A stretch of DNA of 64,000 bases from Nostoc sp. (GCA_036918135.1 JBALDB010000056.1:256001-320000); one strand, 5' to 3'. Counted from the stretch's first letter, positions 21,216 through 32,642 are shown. Notes: generated by a model from the letters alone, not told the origin. Program-made: numbers and translations.

Positions 21216-21244
21216 GCGTAGGCCTAGCCCGTCGTAGACATCGC
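21216..21244 (+). repeat. 21-bp small dispersed repeat (SDR5-type) inserted into a HIP1 site
   Basis: GCG[TAGGCCTAGCCCGTCGTAGAC]ATCGC; removing 21219-21239 restores GCGATCGC. Confidence 0.8.
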
Positions 21245-21362
21245 CTAAATTTATTTTAATATCCTCCGTTAACCCCCCAGTACTTCGACATGGGAAGGCG
21301 AACTACGTCGTGGTTAGAGAACTCTTAGCCAAGACAATTGTTAGAAAGATAGTTTTGAACGT

Positions 21363-22133
21363 ATGAAAATTGATTTTGGTGCAACTGCTGTTGATTATGC
21401 AAAACACCGCGCTGGTTTTCCCAGTTCATTATTTAACAAATTGTCTGAATATGGTATAGGTTTACCAGGGCAAAGCATTGTTGACTTGGGCACAGGAACG
21501 GGAACACTAGCGCGGGGTTTTGCGGATAGAGGAGCTTATGTGATTGGTATCGACCCATCAGTGTCACTTCTAGAACAAGCTAGACAGTTAAGCGAATCTG
21601 CCCAAATCAAAGTAGATTATCGAGTTGCAACTGCCGAAAAGACCGAGTTACCAGATGCAAGTGCTGATGTAGTCACCGCCGGACAGTGTTGGCATTGGTT
21701 TGACCGTCCGCGTGCTGTCAAAGAAATCACTCGCATATTAAGAGCGAATGGTTTAATTGCGATCGCTCATTTTGATTGGATACCTTTAAAAGGTAATGTC
21801 GTTGAAGCAACAGAAAAACTGATAGAAGCTCATAATCCAGCCTGGAAACTGGGCGGTGGTAATGGATTGTATCCTTTGTGGTTACAAGATATTGGAGAAG
21901 CAGGATTTCGAGATATCCGCACATTTTCTTACGATGTATTTGTATCTTATACACACGAAGCTTGGCGGGGACGAATTCGTGCGAGTGCGGGTGTGGGAGC
22001 CAGTTTAACACCAGAAAAAGTAGAACTATTTGACCAGGAATTGGCAGTATTACTGGAAGCAAAATATCCTACACCAATTCTGCAAGTTCATCATCGAGTG
22101 TGGGCGGCGATCGCTAAATCACCACAGCCTTAG
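21363..22133 (+). CDS. Class I SAM-dependent methyltransferase
   Basis: VDLGTGTG motif I; AGQCWHWFD. Confidence 0.9.
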   Translation: MKIDFGATAVDYAKHRAGFPSSLFNKLSEYGIGLPGQSIVDLGTGTGTLARGFADRGAYVIGIDPSVSLLEQARQLSESAQIKVDYRVATAEKTELPDASADVVTAGQCWHWFDRPRAVKEITRILRANGLIAIAHFDWIPLKGNVVEATEKLIEAHNPAWKLGGGNGLYPLWLQDIGEAGFRDIRTFSYDVFVSYTHEAWRGRIRASAGVGASLTPEKVELFDQELAVLLEAKYPTPILQVHHRVWAAIAKSPQP

Positions 22134-22156
22134 TAGATTTTTCGTGAAAACAACTG

Positions 22157-22289
22157 TAGCAGTAGTCACACCCTTTAGGACAGAATGACAAGCGTGAAAG
22201 CTAGGAATAGTAATGTTTTTACCTCCTGCCCCCTGCCCTCTGCCGAGGCTCGCGGACTCGCTAACGCTGCGCTATCCTGCCTCCTGCTA
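22157..22289. mobile_element. MITE-like dispersed repeat, copy 1 (related copy at 36673-36770)
   Basis: TAGCAG...CTGCTA termini; shares GTAGTCACACCCTTTAGGACA and AATAGTAA.GTTTTTACCTCCTGCC with copy 2. Confidence 0.7.
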
Positions 22290-22293
22290 TAAC

Positions 22294-23124
22294 TTATGGT
22301 TTGCGGCCTACAGTCAACATCACAGGAGAAGGAATTTCAATCCCATCATCTGTAGCGTACTTCTTTGCTCCCTCGATAATTGCGTTCTCGATATCGTGGT
22401 GTTGCTGTCCGGTTTGCATTGAGAGTATCGACCCAAGGCGTGCCGAACTTGCAATAATCGTTGGCATCACATCCTCTGGTCTAGAAAAAGTCCAGTTTAT
22501 AGGCAATTCAGTGACAGACACCGATATGAATCCGCTGGCACTCAAGATCTTTTTGCACTCGTTTGGGTCGCCGAAACGAAATAGCGGTGGCGCTGGAGGT
22601 AGATCCACATCAATCGTGCCATAAGTCTGCACTGTTCCCAGAATCAAGGCCATGAAAGGATTGTGTGCTGGTGGTGTCCAGCAAGTGAAGGCATAGTAGC
22701 CTCCGGGTTTGAGGACTCGCAAGGACTCAGCGATCGCTTTCTCCGGTTCTGGGAAATGGAGAATACCAAAGTTACATACTACCGCCTCAAACTCATCAAA
22801 CTCGAAGGGAAGATTCTCAGCGTCTCCTACCCAAAATTCAGCTTCCGGACATCGCGATCGGGCAATGACCAACATATTCTCGGTATAGTCTAAGCCAGTA
22901 ACTATAGCCCCACGTTTGACTGCATCAGCACTGAGCCAACCGGTGCCGCAGGCGACATCCAGCAATCGCATACCAGCTCTGGCTTCTACGCCATCCAATA
23001 TGGCTTGATTGACCTGAGACGTTACCTGAGCGATCGCTCCATCGTATCCTTGTGCGACCTTAGAGAATCCGTCACGCTCAAACTGCTTAAATGCCTCGCG
23101 ATTGATCGGAGGGTCATTAGTCAT
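22294..23124 (-). CDS. Class I SAM-dependent methyltransferase (UbiE-like)
   Basis: LLDVACGTG, GDAENLPF, RVLKPGG. Confidence 0.9.
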   Translation of the reverse strand: MTNDPPINREAFKQFERDGFSKVAQGYDGAIAQVTSQVNQAILDGVEARAGMRLLDVACGTGWLSADAVKRGAIVTGLDYTENMLVIARSRCPEAEFWVGDAENLPFEFDEFEAVVCNFGILHFPEPEKAIAESLRVLKPGGYYAFTCWTPPAHNPFMALILGTVQTYGTIDVDLPPAPPLFRFGDPNECKKILSASGFISVSVTELPINWTFSRPEDVMPTIIASSARLGSILSMQTGQQHHDIENAIIEGAKKYATDDGIEIPSPVMLTVGRKP

Positions 23125-23259
23125 TTTTTAGCTCCTTTCCTCTACGAAAAAATATAGCACCTCCGTAAGTCCTATATTCTTGTAAGAAAGAAACAGTCTC
23201 AGCTAAATAGCCTGACGCTCCTATAACCAATTCAGATGTAGAAAGGCGATCGACTAAAT

Positions 23260-23730
23260 TTAACCATTAGAGAATAAAACCGGAGAATCGAGAATTTTCA
23301 ACTGGATTAATAGCAAAATCAACAGAGTATAAGCGGTTGAAGAAATTAGACCCGTAAATAACTCTTTTTTCAGGTTATGCTTTTTGGGTTCTTTTTGAAA
23401 TATCTCCTGAGAACCAAATTGCATCAACAGAATTCCTACAATATTAGAGAGCCAGTACCCGATAATAGAACAAGGTAAAAGTAATTTTGGGAAAAATAAA
23501 CTACATCCATACCCAAAAGCATAAGCTATTGGCAGATTAAAAATTAAGTCATTCCACCAACACAGTGGAGACAATAAATATCCTAGTACCAGAAAGAATC
23601 CACCTCTAAGTTTTTTGAAAATGTCTTTTTTCAACTCGTGTGAAATAGTTGGCTCTAACTGCTCAGTCATTGTCTGGTTTTCGAGGCTCAACTGTTGACT
23701 TACTTTCTGGACGCTTTGCATAAAAACCAC
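23260..23730 (-). CDS. Hypothetical membrane protein; start possibly at ATG 23670
   Basis: GYLLSPLCWWNDL..NLPIAY and three TM segments. Confidence 0.7.
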   Translation of the reverse strand: MVFMQSVQKVSQQLSLENQTMTEQLEPTISHELKKDIFKKLRGGFFLVLGYLLSPLCWWNDLIFNLPIAYAFGYGCSLFFPKLLLPCSIIGYWLSNIVGILLMQFGSQEIFQKEPKKHNLKKELFTGLISSTAYTLLILLLIQLKILDSPVLFSNG

Positions 23731-23971
23731 TAATCCTATCTGCTTAGTGTAGTTTAAACTAAAAACTAGAGCAACGTCTACTATACAAGCGACATAATTT
23801 TAGGTTTTTGACACTAAAAGTTCTACCAATGGATAGTTGCAGCAAAATATGTCATTGGTCATTAGTCACTTGTCATTTGTCATTGTCTCCTCATCTTCCT
23901 AATCTCCTCCATACATGTAGCTGTTGGAGAAAATTTAAATAATAATAGCTACAATAAAGCTACTGAAGTAT

Positions 23972-24256
23972 TTGAATAGGAAAATGACAGATTTAACTGC
24001 AAATAACACATTTGTCATCGCAGGGATTGTGTTTATAACGATTGCTGTGATTGGGCAATCTAAATTAGCTTTTATTGAAATTAATCCAGGTTTTTTTGGC
24101 AGATTCCTAGCTTTAATTATTGGTGTTTCGAGCTTATTATATGCTGCGGGATTATTAAATTTTTCAATTGGAACTCTTGATTCCTTAAGAACTTATCTGC
24201 CAGAACTAATTCAACAGAGTGTAAGCTCAATTAATGAAATTTTACAAGGTTCATAA
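23972..24256 (+). CDS. Small hypothetical membrane protein
   Basis: Two hydrophobic segments. Confidence 0.55.
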   Translation: MNRKMTDLTANNTFVIAGIVFITIAVIGQSKLAFIEINPGFFGRFLALIIGVSSLLYAAGLLNFSIGTLDSLRTYLPELIQQSVSSINEILQGS

Positions 24257-24342
24257 TAGTTGGCATTGAATTTTGTGTAAATTTTAATACCTTTCGGTTA
24301 AGGGTAAAAGTGTCAATTTCCCCCTTAACCATTGAAAATAAA

Positions 24343-24900
24343 TTAATAATATGCTCCGAGAAGGCTGTAAGTCAGACTAGCTAGTACTAATAAGGTAATA
24401 ATCACATAAATAAATTCTCGCTTGAGCAGAAATGCAAATAGAGAAATGACTACCCGTAAAATTGGAGTAGCAATTAATAGTAATAGTCCCAGTTGAATAA
24501 TACCGCGATCGCTACCTGATAAAACAGCTTTCACTACACCTCTTGGCGAGCGAAATTGCGATGGTTCTCCCTGAAAAAAGCGATATTTAGCAGGTTCAGC
24601 ACCATGATGAATTAAGTAGAGGATACCTCCCAATAAAACTACAGCACTAGCCATCAAAACACCATACTTAAGTAGGTTACTAAGCAAATATTCTAATTGT
24701 TGCTCGCTTGATGTTTCTGTTTCATTCTTGTTAGTATCAATCTCAGAGCTATTCGGCAATTGTGCTGCTGTACTAACTTGCTGTTCTTCCAACTTCTCAA
24801 TATCAGAGTGTGAATTTTCTGGTGGTAAGGTTAGTGCAATTGCTTTACTCTCTGACTGTGCCGATGATATCCAGCGGAAACCAGTATTTAACTTATACAT
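24343..24900 (-). CDS. DUF1634-like membrane protein
   Basis: IIQLGLLLLIATPILRV motif; typical partner of TauE. Confidence 0.8.
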   Translation of the reverse strand: MYKLNTGFRWISSAQSESKAIALTLPPENSHSDIEKLEEQQVSTAAQLPNSSEIDTNKNETETSSEQQLEYLLSNLLKYGVLMASAVVLLGGILYLIHHGAEPAKYRFFQGEPSQFRSPRGVVKAVLSGSDRGIIQLGLLLLIATPILRVVISLFAFLLKREFIYVIITLLVLASLTYSLLGAYY

Positions 24901-24901
24901 T

Positions 24902-25738
24902 TTACAGCCCCCCTATTAAATTGTTGTAAACCATCTTTAAAGCCATTATTACTAGCACAAGGCTGAAAATAATTCTTAAAATCTGTGTTTGAGTCCCTGC
25001 AAGAACTCGTGCGCCCAAAAAAGCACCAGGTAATACTCCCAACATTACCGGCATCGATAGTCCCGGATCGATGTAGCCTCGTGCTAAGTAAACTCCAGCT
25101 GAAGCTGCTGCTGTCACACCGATCATAAAATTGCTAGTGGTGGTAGAAACTTTAAAGGGTAGGCGCATAGCTTGATCCATTGCTAACACCTTAAATCCGC
25201 CAGAACCAATACCCAGCAATCCAGAAAGCACCCCAGCTAAAATCATCATAGTAAACCCCATTGGTACTGAATGAACTTGATAAGCCATTAGTCCATCAGG
25301 AGTTGGATAACTGTTATTTAGTTTTAGATAGTTTGCTAGGGGATCTCCTAGTTCATCTTCAGTATTTTCTATTCTTGGTCGTTGTGAAAGGTATGCTGAA
25401 TAAATCAGGACGATCGCTAATACAATAGTTAGCGCTTTCACAGACACAAAAGTAGCAATCACAGCTCCGGCGATCGCCCCAATAGTTGTGGCTACTTCTA
25501 AAAACATCCCTAATCGCAAATTGGTATAGCCTTTTTTAATATAAGTAGATGCTGCACCCAAAGAAGTAGCAATTACAGATACTAGAGAAGCGCCAACTGC
25601 ATATCGAAGATCGACACCAAATACTGAAGTTAGTAAAGGAACAATTACTACTCCACCCCCTAAGCCAGTTAATGCTCCTAAAAAGCCAGCACTAAATGAA
25701 CCAATCCAAACTAATAAAGAAAATTCTAAAATAGACAA
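24902..25738 (-). CDS. Sulfite exporter TauE/SafE family permease
   Basis: GALTGLGGG and SGLLGIGSG repeats; TSNFMIGVTAAA. Confidence 0.88.
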   Translation of the reverse strand: MSILEFSLLVWIGSFSAGFLGALTGLGGGVVIVPLLTSVFGVDLRYAVGASLVSVIATSLGAASTYIKKGYTNLRLGMFLEVATTIGAIAGAVIATFVSVKALTIVLAIVLIYSAYLSQRPRIENTEDELGDPLANYLKLNNSYPTPDGLMAYQVHSVPMGFTMMILAGVLSGLLGIGSGGFKVLAMDQAMRLPFKVSTTTSNFMIGVTAAASAGVYLARGYIDPGLSMPVMLGVLPGAFLGARVLAGTQTQILRIIFSLVLVIMALKMVYNNLIGGL

Positions 25739-26370
25739 ATTTCATACCTCTTTTTTTATATGTATATCAAGATGCCAAAATATTTTTTGTATTATTTAAA
25801 ACTTAAATGGCAAGTTTGTTACTGTTGACAGGCTTAGTGGTTCAATTTTTAAGCAGATTCGGGAGTGTGGGGAGGTAGGGAGATGTGGTTCGACTTCTCT
25901 ACGAGACGCTACACGTAGCTTGTTTAAGAGCAGGGGTACGCTCACCAACCGGGAGATAATAGACACATACAGGAGCAGAGGGAAATAATTAGTAATCGAT
26001 ACCTAAGACTAATGACAAATGACCAATGACTAATGACAAAATCCACAAATCGTTGATTAACTTAGCTCAATTAAGGCTGTACATACTAGAAAACTAATAC
26101 TAATTTGCCAAAATACTGCTATAGGCGATCGTACTTTGATGCAAAAACAGCAAATCGTAACACTAATTGTTATCAATTCTTGAGCAAAGTACTCGTATTT
26201 TCCACAAATTTGCTGTATTGTAATTATTCTGTTAAATTGTTCAATACTCAATTTGCTCGCAGTATCTTATAGATCTGGCTAAACCTTCTTGAAAGGCTAC
26301 ATCAGACCCTCAAAGAATCGACTTTCTGATTCTCTTTTTTTATGACCACTTTTTCAAACCTTTAGCAAAT

Positions 26371-26655
26371 ATGAAAATCATCAAAAAATCTGAAAAGCTA
26401 ACCCTGAAGAAGATGAAAGAAATGGAAGAAGCTCAAGAGCAGACTCTTCAAGGTGAAACCGTTGATTTTTCTGAACCCCTGGTTGAAGAGAAACCAGTAA
26501 TCACCCCGGAGTATCCAGTAAGCATTGCGGAGTATAAAGAACCGGACTATGTTGCAGTGCGTGACAATCCTTTAGTTCAATCTGTTGGTAACTCAGGCTG
26601 GCAGCCTTCTGATATTTGGCGGGAAATCAGAGTAGATAGTTTTTATGATGGATAG
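26371..26655 (+). CDS. Hypothetical protein
   Basis: 94-aa hydrophilic ORF in an otherwise empty intergenic region. Confidence 0.5.
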   Translation: MKIIKKSEKLTLKKMKEMEEAQEQTLQGETVDFSEPLVEEKPVITPEYPVSIAEYKEPDYVAVRDNPLVQSVGNSGWQPSDIWREIRVDSFYDG

Positions 26656-26980
26656 AAGAGTGCTTTCAGGAGCAAACAACTGTGCAGCATTAAAAGCCAT
26701 ATATCAAAAATCCTTCTCGATGCTAACTTTTAAAAACGCTGCTTCTGCTTGATGGCAATTGCCAGTAATGCAGTCTGCAATATTTCATTAGTTTGTTGGT
26801 TGACATATTCTGTAAAGCCTGCATTTATCCATCGCTCTGAAGACTGGGGAGACGCTTTTACAGTGGCTCCTCCCTGTTAGGAGCAAATATGTTTAAAAAT
26901 CAAAGCGGATTACTGTAGTATTACAGCGCTATCCAAAAATCTCTTTGGTATAGAACTAGGAAACACCAGTTGGAGAATAG

Positions 26981-27862
26981 TCAAATTTTTAATTGCTGTT
27001 TCTGAGTCAAAGCCATTGCAATTCCTTTTTCGTAGTAAGCTGCCTCATTAATAAAAACAGGCCAAACAGTAGATTCCCCTTGATAAACGATTGTTTTGTT
27101 CTCAAAAGTAAGAAACATTGGATCTCCTGGATTTAGGGCTTGATAATCTTTATTTTGAAGCTCTGGATGAATCATGCCAAAAATCGTACCATCCTGTTTT
27201 TTGGGGTAATCTACAACAGATAAGTGGTGATAAAGAGTTAATGTTTCGTTGGTTAATGGAATTTCAGCTTGGTTAAATCGTTCCAAAAAGTCTAAAATTG
27301 CATGAATAAGTTCCTCAGTTTGTTGAAACAGCGTTGCTTTTAAAAGACCTTGGGCAATGGGGCCAACTTCGATCGCAAAGCCTAATTCACACAGAGAATT
27401 CAAAAATGGATTTTCTGCAATTGATTCAAAAGAGCAGCGATAAACCTTAACTAAAGGGTTAATTTCGCTCAAATAAGCAGCCAGCTTCAAGTTAAAAGGA
27501 TGAGCGTTTACCAAAATAATTGTCAGACCCATATTAGCTGTAGTGCTGTGCAAGTCTAAGAGAAAATCTGCTTGCTCTCCATTTAATGCTAGGCTCTTTT
27601 GAATTGATTTAGCTTGCAATTCTTCGTAACTTTTAAGAGTTGGATTTTGTAAATCTTGTCTGAGAAAACAGCGGTTTAAATCCTTTTCTAAATATCGCCT
27701 TCCGGCTGCAAAAGCCTGAGGATTTGCTAACAGAGTGACTGTTTCAAAACTTGGTCTAGTAATCAAGTCGGGAAACTGGGCAAATTTTTGGATTAGATAA
27801 GCCCCTGTAAACTCATTACCATGAGTTCCACCAACAATTGCAACTCGATTAATTCGGTTCAC
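26981..27862 (-). CDS. Aspartoacylase
   Basis: GGTHGNE, DLNRCF, DLHSTT and [11 protein letters not shown] motifs. Confidence 0.92.
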   Translation of the reverse strand: MNRINRVAIVGGTHGNEFTGAYLIQKFAQFPDLITRPSFETVTLLANPQAFAAGRRYLEKDLNRCFLRQDLQNPTLKSYEELQAKSIQKSLALNGEQADFLLDLHSTTANMGLTIILVNAHPFNLKLAAYLSEINPLVKVYRCSFESIAENPFLNSLCELGFAIEVGPIAQGLLKATLFQQTEELIHAILDFLERFNQAEIPLTNETLTLYHHLSVVDYPKKQDGTIFGMIHPELQNKDYQALNPGDPMFLTFENKTIVYQGESTVWPVFINEAAYYEKGIAMALTQKQQLKI

Positions 27863-27917
27863 GATCGCACCAACTTTATTATGCAGCCATCGATGTATTT
27901 GTTTTCAATGCAACCGA

Positions 27918-28970
27918 TCAAGCATTCACTTTGCTGATGCGATCGCGACTATGTGGTTGATTAAGATAGGACATATCAGGGCCGTCAGGAATGATTCCAC
28001 CGGGATTGAGTGGGAATAAGTTACCGTAATAGTCGCGTTTGACAGATTCTACGTCGCAGGTGTCAGCAACACCTGAAAGCTGATATAAATCTCTCAAGTA
28101 AGCTCCCAAGTTTTGATAGTCTCGAATTCGTCGCCGATTACACTTAAACAAGCTGTAATAGACGCTATCAAAGCGAAATAAAGTAGTAAATAAACGCACA
28201 TCAGCCAGTGTGAGATTTTCCCCGCATAGATATCGACTAGTTTGCAATGCACTGTCAATCTCATCGAGAGTCGTAAACACTTCATTACAGGCTTGATTAT
28301 AGGCTTCTTGGCTTTGGGCAAAGCCGCAGCGATACACGCCGTTATTTACTGCGTGGTAAATCTTCTCATTCCACCAGTCAATTTTTTCTTTGAGTTCTTC
28401 TGGATAGAGATCCAATGTCGGATTTTTGGCGAACTCGTTAAATTGAGAGTTGAGCATCACAATAATTTCTGAACTCTCATTGTTAACAATGGTTTTTGTT
28501 TGCTCGTCCCATAGAATCGGAACTGTGAAGCGTCCACTGTAGCCCGGTTCTGCTCGTTGATAAAATTCAACTAGCGTGCGACAACCTTGTTCTTCTTCGT
28601 CGAATACCCAACCGCCTTCAATCGGCGAAGGAGAGACGATACATACTGATATTACCGCTTCCAGTTTTTTGAGCGATCGCACAACTAAAGTTCGGTGCGC
28701 CCAAGGACAACCCAACCCAACATAAAGTTTATAGCGTCCTGCTGCTGGTTGGTAAGGATTCCCTTCTTCGATGCCGATGAAGTTGCGAAACTGGCTACTA
28801 GGACGAATATACGCTCCCGACTTATTACTAGGAGCTAGCTTTGACATCATTATCCGCCAAAGGGTTGTCCAGACAAACATTCCCAGCCAAATAATCAGCT
28901 TTGGAGGCAGCGAGCGGCCTTTCTTTTTGGGGAGAGTTTTATTATCATCTATTGGAGTTGAGTTACTCAT
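27918..28970 (-). CDS. Glutathionyl-hydroquinone reductase (GST Xi/YqjG family)
   Basis: CPWAHR, TVPILWD, NNESSEI, NNGVYRCGFA; start placed at ATG 28970 (MSNS). Confidence 0.88.
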   Translation of the reverse strand: MSNSTPIDDNKTLPKKKGRSLPPKLIIWLGMFVWTTLWRIMMSKLAPSNKSGAYIRPSSQFRNFIGIEEGNPYQPAAGRYKLYVGLGCPWAHRTLVVRSLKKLEAVISVCIVSPSPIEGGWVFDEEEQGCRTLVEFYQRAEPGYSGRFTVPILWDEQTKTIVNNESSEIIVMLNSQFNEFAKNPTLDLYPEELKEKIDWWNEKIYHAVNNGVYRCGFAQSQEAYNQACNEVFTTLDEIDSALQTSRYLCGENLTLADVRLFTTLFRFDSVYYSLFKCNRRRIRDYQNLGAYLRDLYQLSGVADTCDVESVKRDYYGNLFPLNPGGIIPDGPDMSYLNQPHSRDRISKVNA

Positions 28971-29072
28971 GGCGACAATTTTGCTTTTAGCCCTGCTAAC
29001 TTTTCTTGGCAGACTACTAAAAATGCGAGCGGTCAATACAATTGTTACATTGTTTCTCATTGTTATTCTAGA

Positions 29073-29366
29073 GTTACACCTTTTTGCTTGAAGGTTGAGC
29101 CTTTGAACTTGGAAGTTGCACCTTTTTGCTTGAAGGTTGAGCCTTTGAACTTGGAAGTTGCACCTTTTTGCTTGAAGGTTGAGCCTTTGAACTTGGAAGT
29201 TGCACCTTTTTGCTTGAAGGTTGAGCCTTTGAACTCGAAAGTTGCACCTTTTTACTTGAACGTTGAGCCTTTGAACTCGAAAGTTGCACCTTTTTGCTTG
29301 AACGTTGAGCCTTTGAACTCGGAAGTTGAGCCTTTTTACTTAAACATTGAGCCTTAGAACTCGAAA
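29073..29366. repeat. Tandem array of 7 x 42 bp, each unit made of two 21-bp halves
   Basis: Unit GTTGCACCTTTTTGCTTGAAGGTTGAGCCTTTGAACTTGGAA, head-to-tail with no spacers; degenerates toward the right. Confidence 0.95.
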
Positions 29367-29478
29367 CTTTAGCACTCGTAACCCAACACTCAACACTCAA
29401 CAGTCATCAGTCAGCAACTTCAAACCGGATAATTTATTCTCTGGAAGTTCCTAACCAAAAATTCTTCAGTCTAGCCTC

Positions 29479-29510
29479 TTGACTCTCCACTCAACTGGAG
29501 CATTCAAGAT
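29479..29510 (+). promoter_or_regulatory. MerR-type promoter/operator of the Cu-ATPase operon
   Basis: TTGACT, 20-bp spacer containing the dyad CTCCA-CTCAAC-TGGAG, then CAAGAT. Confidence 0.75.
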
Positions 29511-29555
29511 GAAATTAGTTGTTAATTAGCGCCACTTAGTAAGTGGAGTAGTTAG

Positions 29556-31817
29556 ATGGAGAATACTACACTCAAACTGCGCGGCATGAGTTGTGCCTCT
29601 TGTGCTAGGGGTATTGAAGACGCGATTAATTCTGTCCCCGGTGTGAATGAATGTATCGTGAATTTTGGAGCAGAACAGGCCACAGTAAAATATGACCCTA
29701 AAAGAACTGATTTAGAAGCCATTCAAGAGGCGGTAAATGCAGCAGGTTACTCTGCCTACCCACTCCAAGAACAAAACCTAATGGCGGGAGAAGATGATGC
29801 AGAGAAAAGACATCGCTTAAGAGAATCCCGCGATTTAATGCGAAAGGTGGCAGTAGGAGGAATCGTTAGCACTGTGTTGCTTATAGGTTCGCTGCCGATG
29901 ATGACAGGCTTGCACTTACCCTCGATCCCAGTATGGCTGCACAATCCTTGGGTACAGTTAATCCTAACTACCCCAGTACAGTTCTGGTGTGGCTACTCCT
30001 TCTACATCAATAGTTGGAAAGCTTTCAAACGTCATACTGCCACAATGGATACCCTAATCGCTTTGGGTACAAGTGCAGCGTATTTTTATTCGCTATTTCC
30101 TACTTTATTTCCTAGCTTTTTTATCAATCAGGGTTTAATACCAGACGTATATTATGAAACTGCTACTGTCGTCATTACTCTAATTTTGCTAGGAAGACTA
30201 TTTGAAAATCGTGCTAAAGGACAAACCTCACAAGCTATCCGTAAGCTGATTGGGTTACAAGCTAAAACAGCGCGTTTGATTCGCAATGGACGAGAAGTAG
30301 ATGTGCCAATTGAAGAAGTAGAGATTGGAGATATGATACTGGTTCGTCCTGGCGAGAAAATTCCTGTTGATGGGGAAGTGATTGAGGGAGCATCCACAAT
30401 TGATGAAGCGATGGTGACAGGGGAAAGCGTGGCTGTCAAAAAGCAACCAGGCGACGAGGTGATTGGAGCTACTATTAACAAAACTGGGAGTTTCAAGTTT
30501 CGGGCGACACGAGTCGGAAGTGATACTGTACTGGCGCAGATTGTCCAATTAGTACAGCAGGCACAGGGTTCCAAAGCCCCTATTCAGAGATTAGCAGACC
30601 AAGTAACTGGGTGGTTTGTACCTGCGGTGATAGCGATCGCTATCCTCACCTTTATCATTTGGTACAACATCATGGGTAATGTCACCCTGGCATTGATGAC
30701 CACAGTTGGAGTGTTAATTATCGCTTGTCCTTGTGCCTTGGGTTTAGCTACACCAACTTCTGTGATGGTAGGTACAGGTAAAGGTGCAGAAAACGGCATT
30801 TTAATTAAAGGAGCCGAAAGTTTAGAATTAGCACACCAGATTCAAACAATTGTATTAGACAAAACCGGCACAATTACCCAAGGTAAGCCGACAGTTACAG
30901 ATTTTGTCGCAGTCAACGGTACGTTGAACAGCAACGAAATTAAGCTGATACAATTAGCTGCTTCGGTAGAACGCAGTTCCGAACACCCCTTGGCAGAAGC
31001 AGTTGTCAGATACGCCCAATCTCAGGAAGTACGATTGGCAGATGTCAGAGATTTTCAAGCACTTGCCGGTAGTGGCGTACAAGGTATAGTTTTTGAGCGT
31101 CTCGTGCAAATTGGAACGCAGCGATGGATGTCAGAATTAGGCATCGACACCCAAGCTTTACAACAGGATAAAGAGCGTTTGGAATATCTAGGCAAAACTG
31201 CGATTTGGCTGGCGATTGACGGACAAATTCAGGGATTGATGGGCATTTCTGATGCCATCAAACCTACTTCGATACAAGCAATTCGCGCTTTGCAAAAACT
31301 GGGTTTAGAGGTGGCGATGCTGACAGGAGATAATCGCCGCACCGCAGAAAGCATCGCTCGTGAAGTTGGAATCGAGCGCGTCTTAGCCGAAGTTCGCCCT
31401 GAGCAAAAAGCCGCTACAGTGCAGAAATTGCAATCGGAAGGAAAGATTGTGGCAATGGTCGGAGATGGTATCAATGATGCACCAGCATTAGCTCAAGCCG
31501 ATATAGGAATGGCAATTGGCACTGGTACAGATGTAGCGATCGCCGCTAGTGACATTACGCTGATCTCCGGTGACTTAAGAAGCATTGTCACTGCTATTCA
31601 ACTCAGCCGCGCTACGATTCGTAACATCCAGCAAAATTTATTCTTTGCTTTCATCTACAACATTATCGGTATTCCAATTGCTGCGGGTATTCTGTTCCCC
31701 ATCTTTGGTTGGTTGCTTAATCCGATAGTTGCAGGTGCAGCAATGGCATTTAGTTCGGTTTCAGTGGTTATGAATGCTTTACGTCTGCGTAAGTTTGAAG
31801 CTAAATCAGTAGCATAA
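29556..31817 (+). CDS. pacS: Copper-translocating P1B-type ATPase (PacS/CopA-like)
   Basis: GMSCASC metal-binding domain, CPC, DKTGT, SEHP, GDGIND, YN and MAFSS Cu(I) motifs. Confidence 0.9.
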   Translation: MENTTLKLRGMSCASCARGIEDAINSVPGVNECIVNFGAEQATVKYDPKRTDLEAIQEAVNAAGYSAYPLQEQNLMAGEDDAEKRHRLRESRDLMRKVAVGGIVSTVLLIGSLPMMTGLHLPSIPVWLHNPWVQLILTTPVQFWCGYSFYINSWKAFKRHTATMDTLIALGTSAAYFYSLFPTLFPSFFINQGLIPDVYYETATVVITLILLGRLFENRAKGQTSQAIRKLIGLQAKTARLIRNGREVDVPIEEVEIGDMILVRPGEKIPVDGEVIEGASTIDEAMVTGESVAVKKQPGDEVIGATINKTGSFKFRATRVGSDTVLAQIVQLVQQAQGSKAPIQRLADQVTGWFVPAVIAIAILTFIIWYNIMGNVTLALMTTVGVLIIACPCALGLATPTSVMVGTGKGAENGILIKGAESLELAHQIQTIVLDKTGTITQGKPTVTDFVAVNGTLNSNEIKLIQLAASVERSSEHPLAEAVVRYAQSQEVRLADVRDFQALAGSGVQGIVFERLVQIGTQRWMSELGIDTQALQQDKERLEYLGKTAIWLAIDGQIQGLMGISDAIKPTSIQAIRALQKLGLEVAMLTGDNRRTAESIAREVGIERVLAEVRPEQKAATVQKLQSEGKIVAMVGDGINDAPALAQADIGMAIGTGTDVAIAASDITLISGDLRSIVTAIQLSRATIRNIQQNLFFAFIYNIIGIPIAAGILFPIFGWLLNPIVAGAAMAFSSVSVVMNALRLRKFEAKSVA

Positions 31818-31821
31818 GGAG

Positions 31822-32355
31822 GTGCAAATGTTGGCTAAAGTAATTCTTGGCAGTATAGCAAGCTTAGGATTGGCATTGAGCGTTGGCTCAGGTAAAGTAG
31901 TCGCACAGATGAATCATCACATGCCAACTAGCGAGCGATCGCAAACAGTTCAATTCCACCGTATTCAGCAACCACTGGGAGTAAAAGGTACAGTCACAGC
32001 AGTCGGCTTGGGGTTAATCGGGCTAGAAATCTGGTGGTTTCTCCTAAGTAAGCCAAAGTCTCAAAGAGCTGAAGCTGACAACGGTATTCAAGAAGTTGGC
32101 ATTACTGTAGATGGAGGCTACGAACCTAGTCGAATTCTAGTCAATGCAAATCAAACAGTCCGTCTTAATTTCCTACGTCGCGATCCTAGTAGTTGCCTTG
32201 AAGAAATACGGCTACCGGATTTCCACATTGCCAAAGATTTACCTCTCAATCAGGTTACATCAATTGAGTTCACACCAAACAAACCGGGTACTTATAGCTT
32301 CACCTGCGGTATGAATATGTTCCGAGGCGTTATAGAAGTAAAGTCTGCCACATAA
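31822..32355 (+). CDS. Cupredoxin-domain membrane protein
   Basis: GGYEPS..V, SSCLEE, FTCGMNMFRG. Confidence 0.85.
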   Translation: MQMLAKVILGSIASLGLALSVGSGKVVAQMNHHMPTSERSQTVQFHRIQQPLGVKGTVTAVGLGLIGLEIWWFLLSKPKSQRAEADNGIQEVGITVDGGYEPSRILVNANQTVRLNFLRRDPSSCLEEIRLPDFHIAKDLPLNQVTSIEFTPNKPGTYSFTCGMNMFRGVIEVKSAT

Positions 32356-32374
32356 TCTAGTAGCAAATAATTAC

Positions 32375-32545
32375 AGAACTTATGCACTGACTACGATTTT
32401 ACGTCATTACGAGCGTACCCCTAACGGGGAAGCAAGCTACGCGGAGCGTCTCGAAGAGAAGCGAAGTAATCGCCAAAAACTCTGGGATTGCCTCCCTACA
32501 CTACGTTGCGGTCGCAATGACATTGGGAGTGCTTGCGTAAGTCCT
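32375..32545. mobile_element. 171-bp MITE with nested small repeats
   Basis: Termini AGAACTTATGCA / TGCGTAAGTCCT (10/12 inverted); internal GTCATT.CGA...TCGCAATGAC hairpin family with inserted SDR segments. Confidence 0.65.
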
Positions 32546-32572
32546 AAATTAGCAAAGCAATCCTGTTCTCAC

Positions 32573-32604
32573 TTGACTCTCCAGTTCACTAGAGAGTTTA
32601 AGAT
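32573..32604 (+). promoter_or_regulatory. MerR-type promoter/operator of the merR-family gene
   Basis: TTGACT, 20-bp spacer with CTCCAGT-TC-ACTAGAG dyad, then TAAGAT; nearly the same as 29479-29510. Confidence 0.75.
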
Positions 32605-32642
32605 AAAGTAAATAAATTTATTTAACATGAGGGCAGCTACGT

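Noticed and set aside
29074..29400. ORFs of 108 aa (-) and 89 aa (+) over the 42-bp array, and a possible CRISPR reading of the array
   Set aside because: The frames are open only because the unit is a stop-free multiple of 3; there are no unique spacers, so it is not a CRISPR
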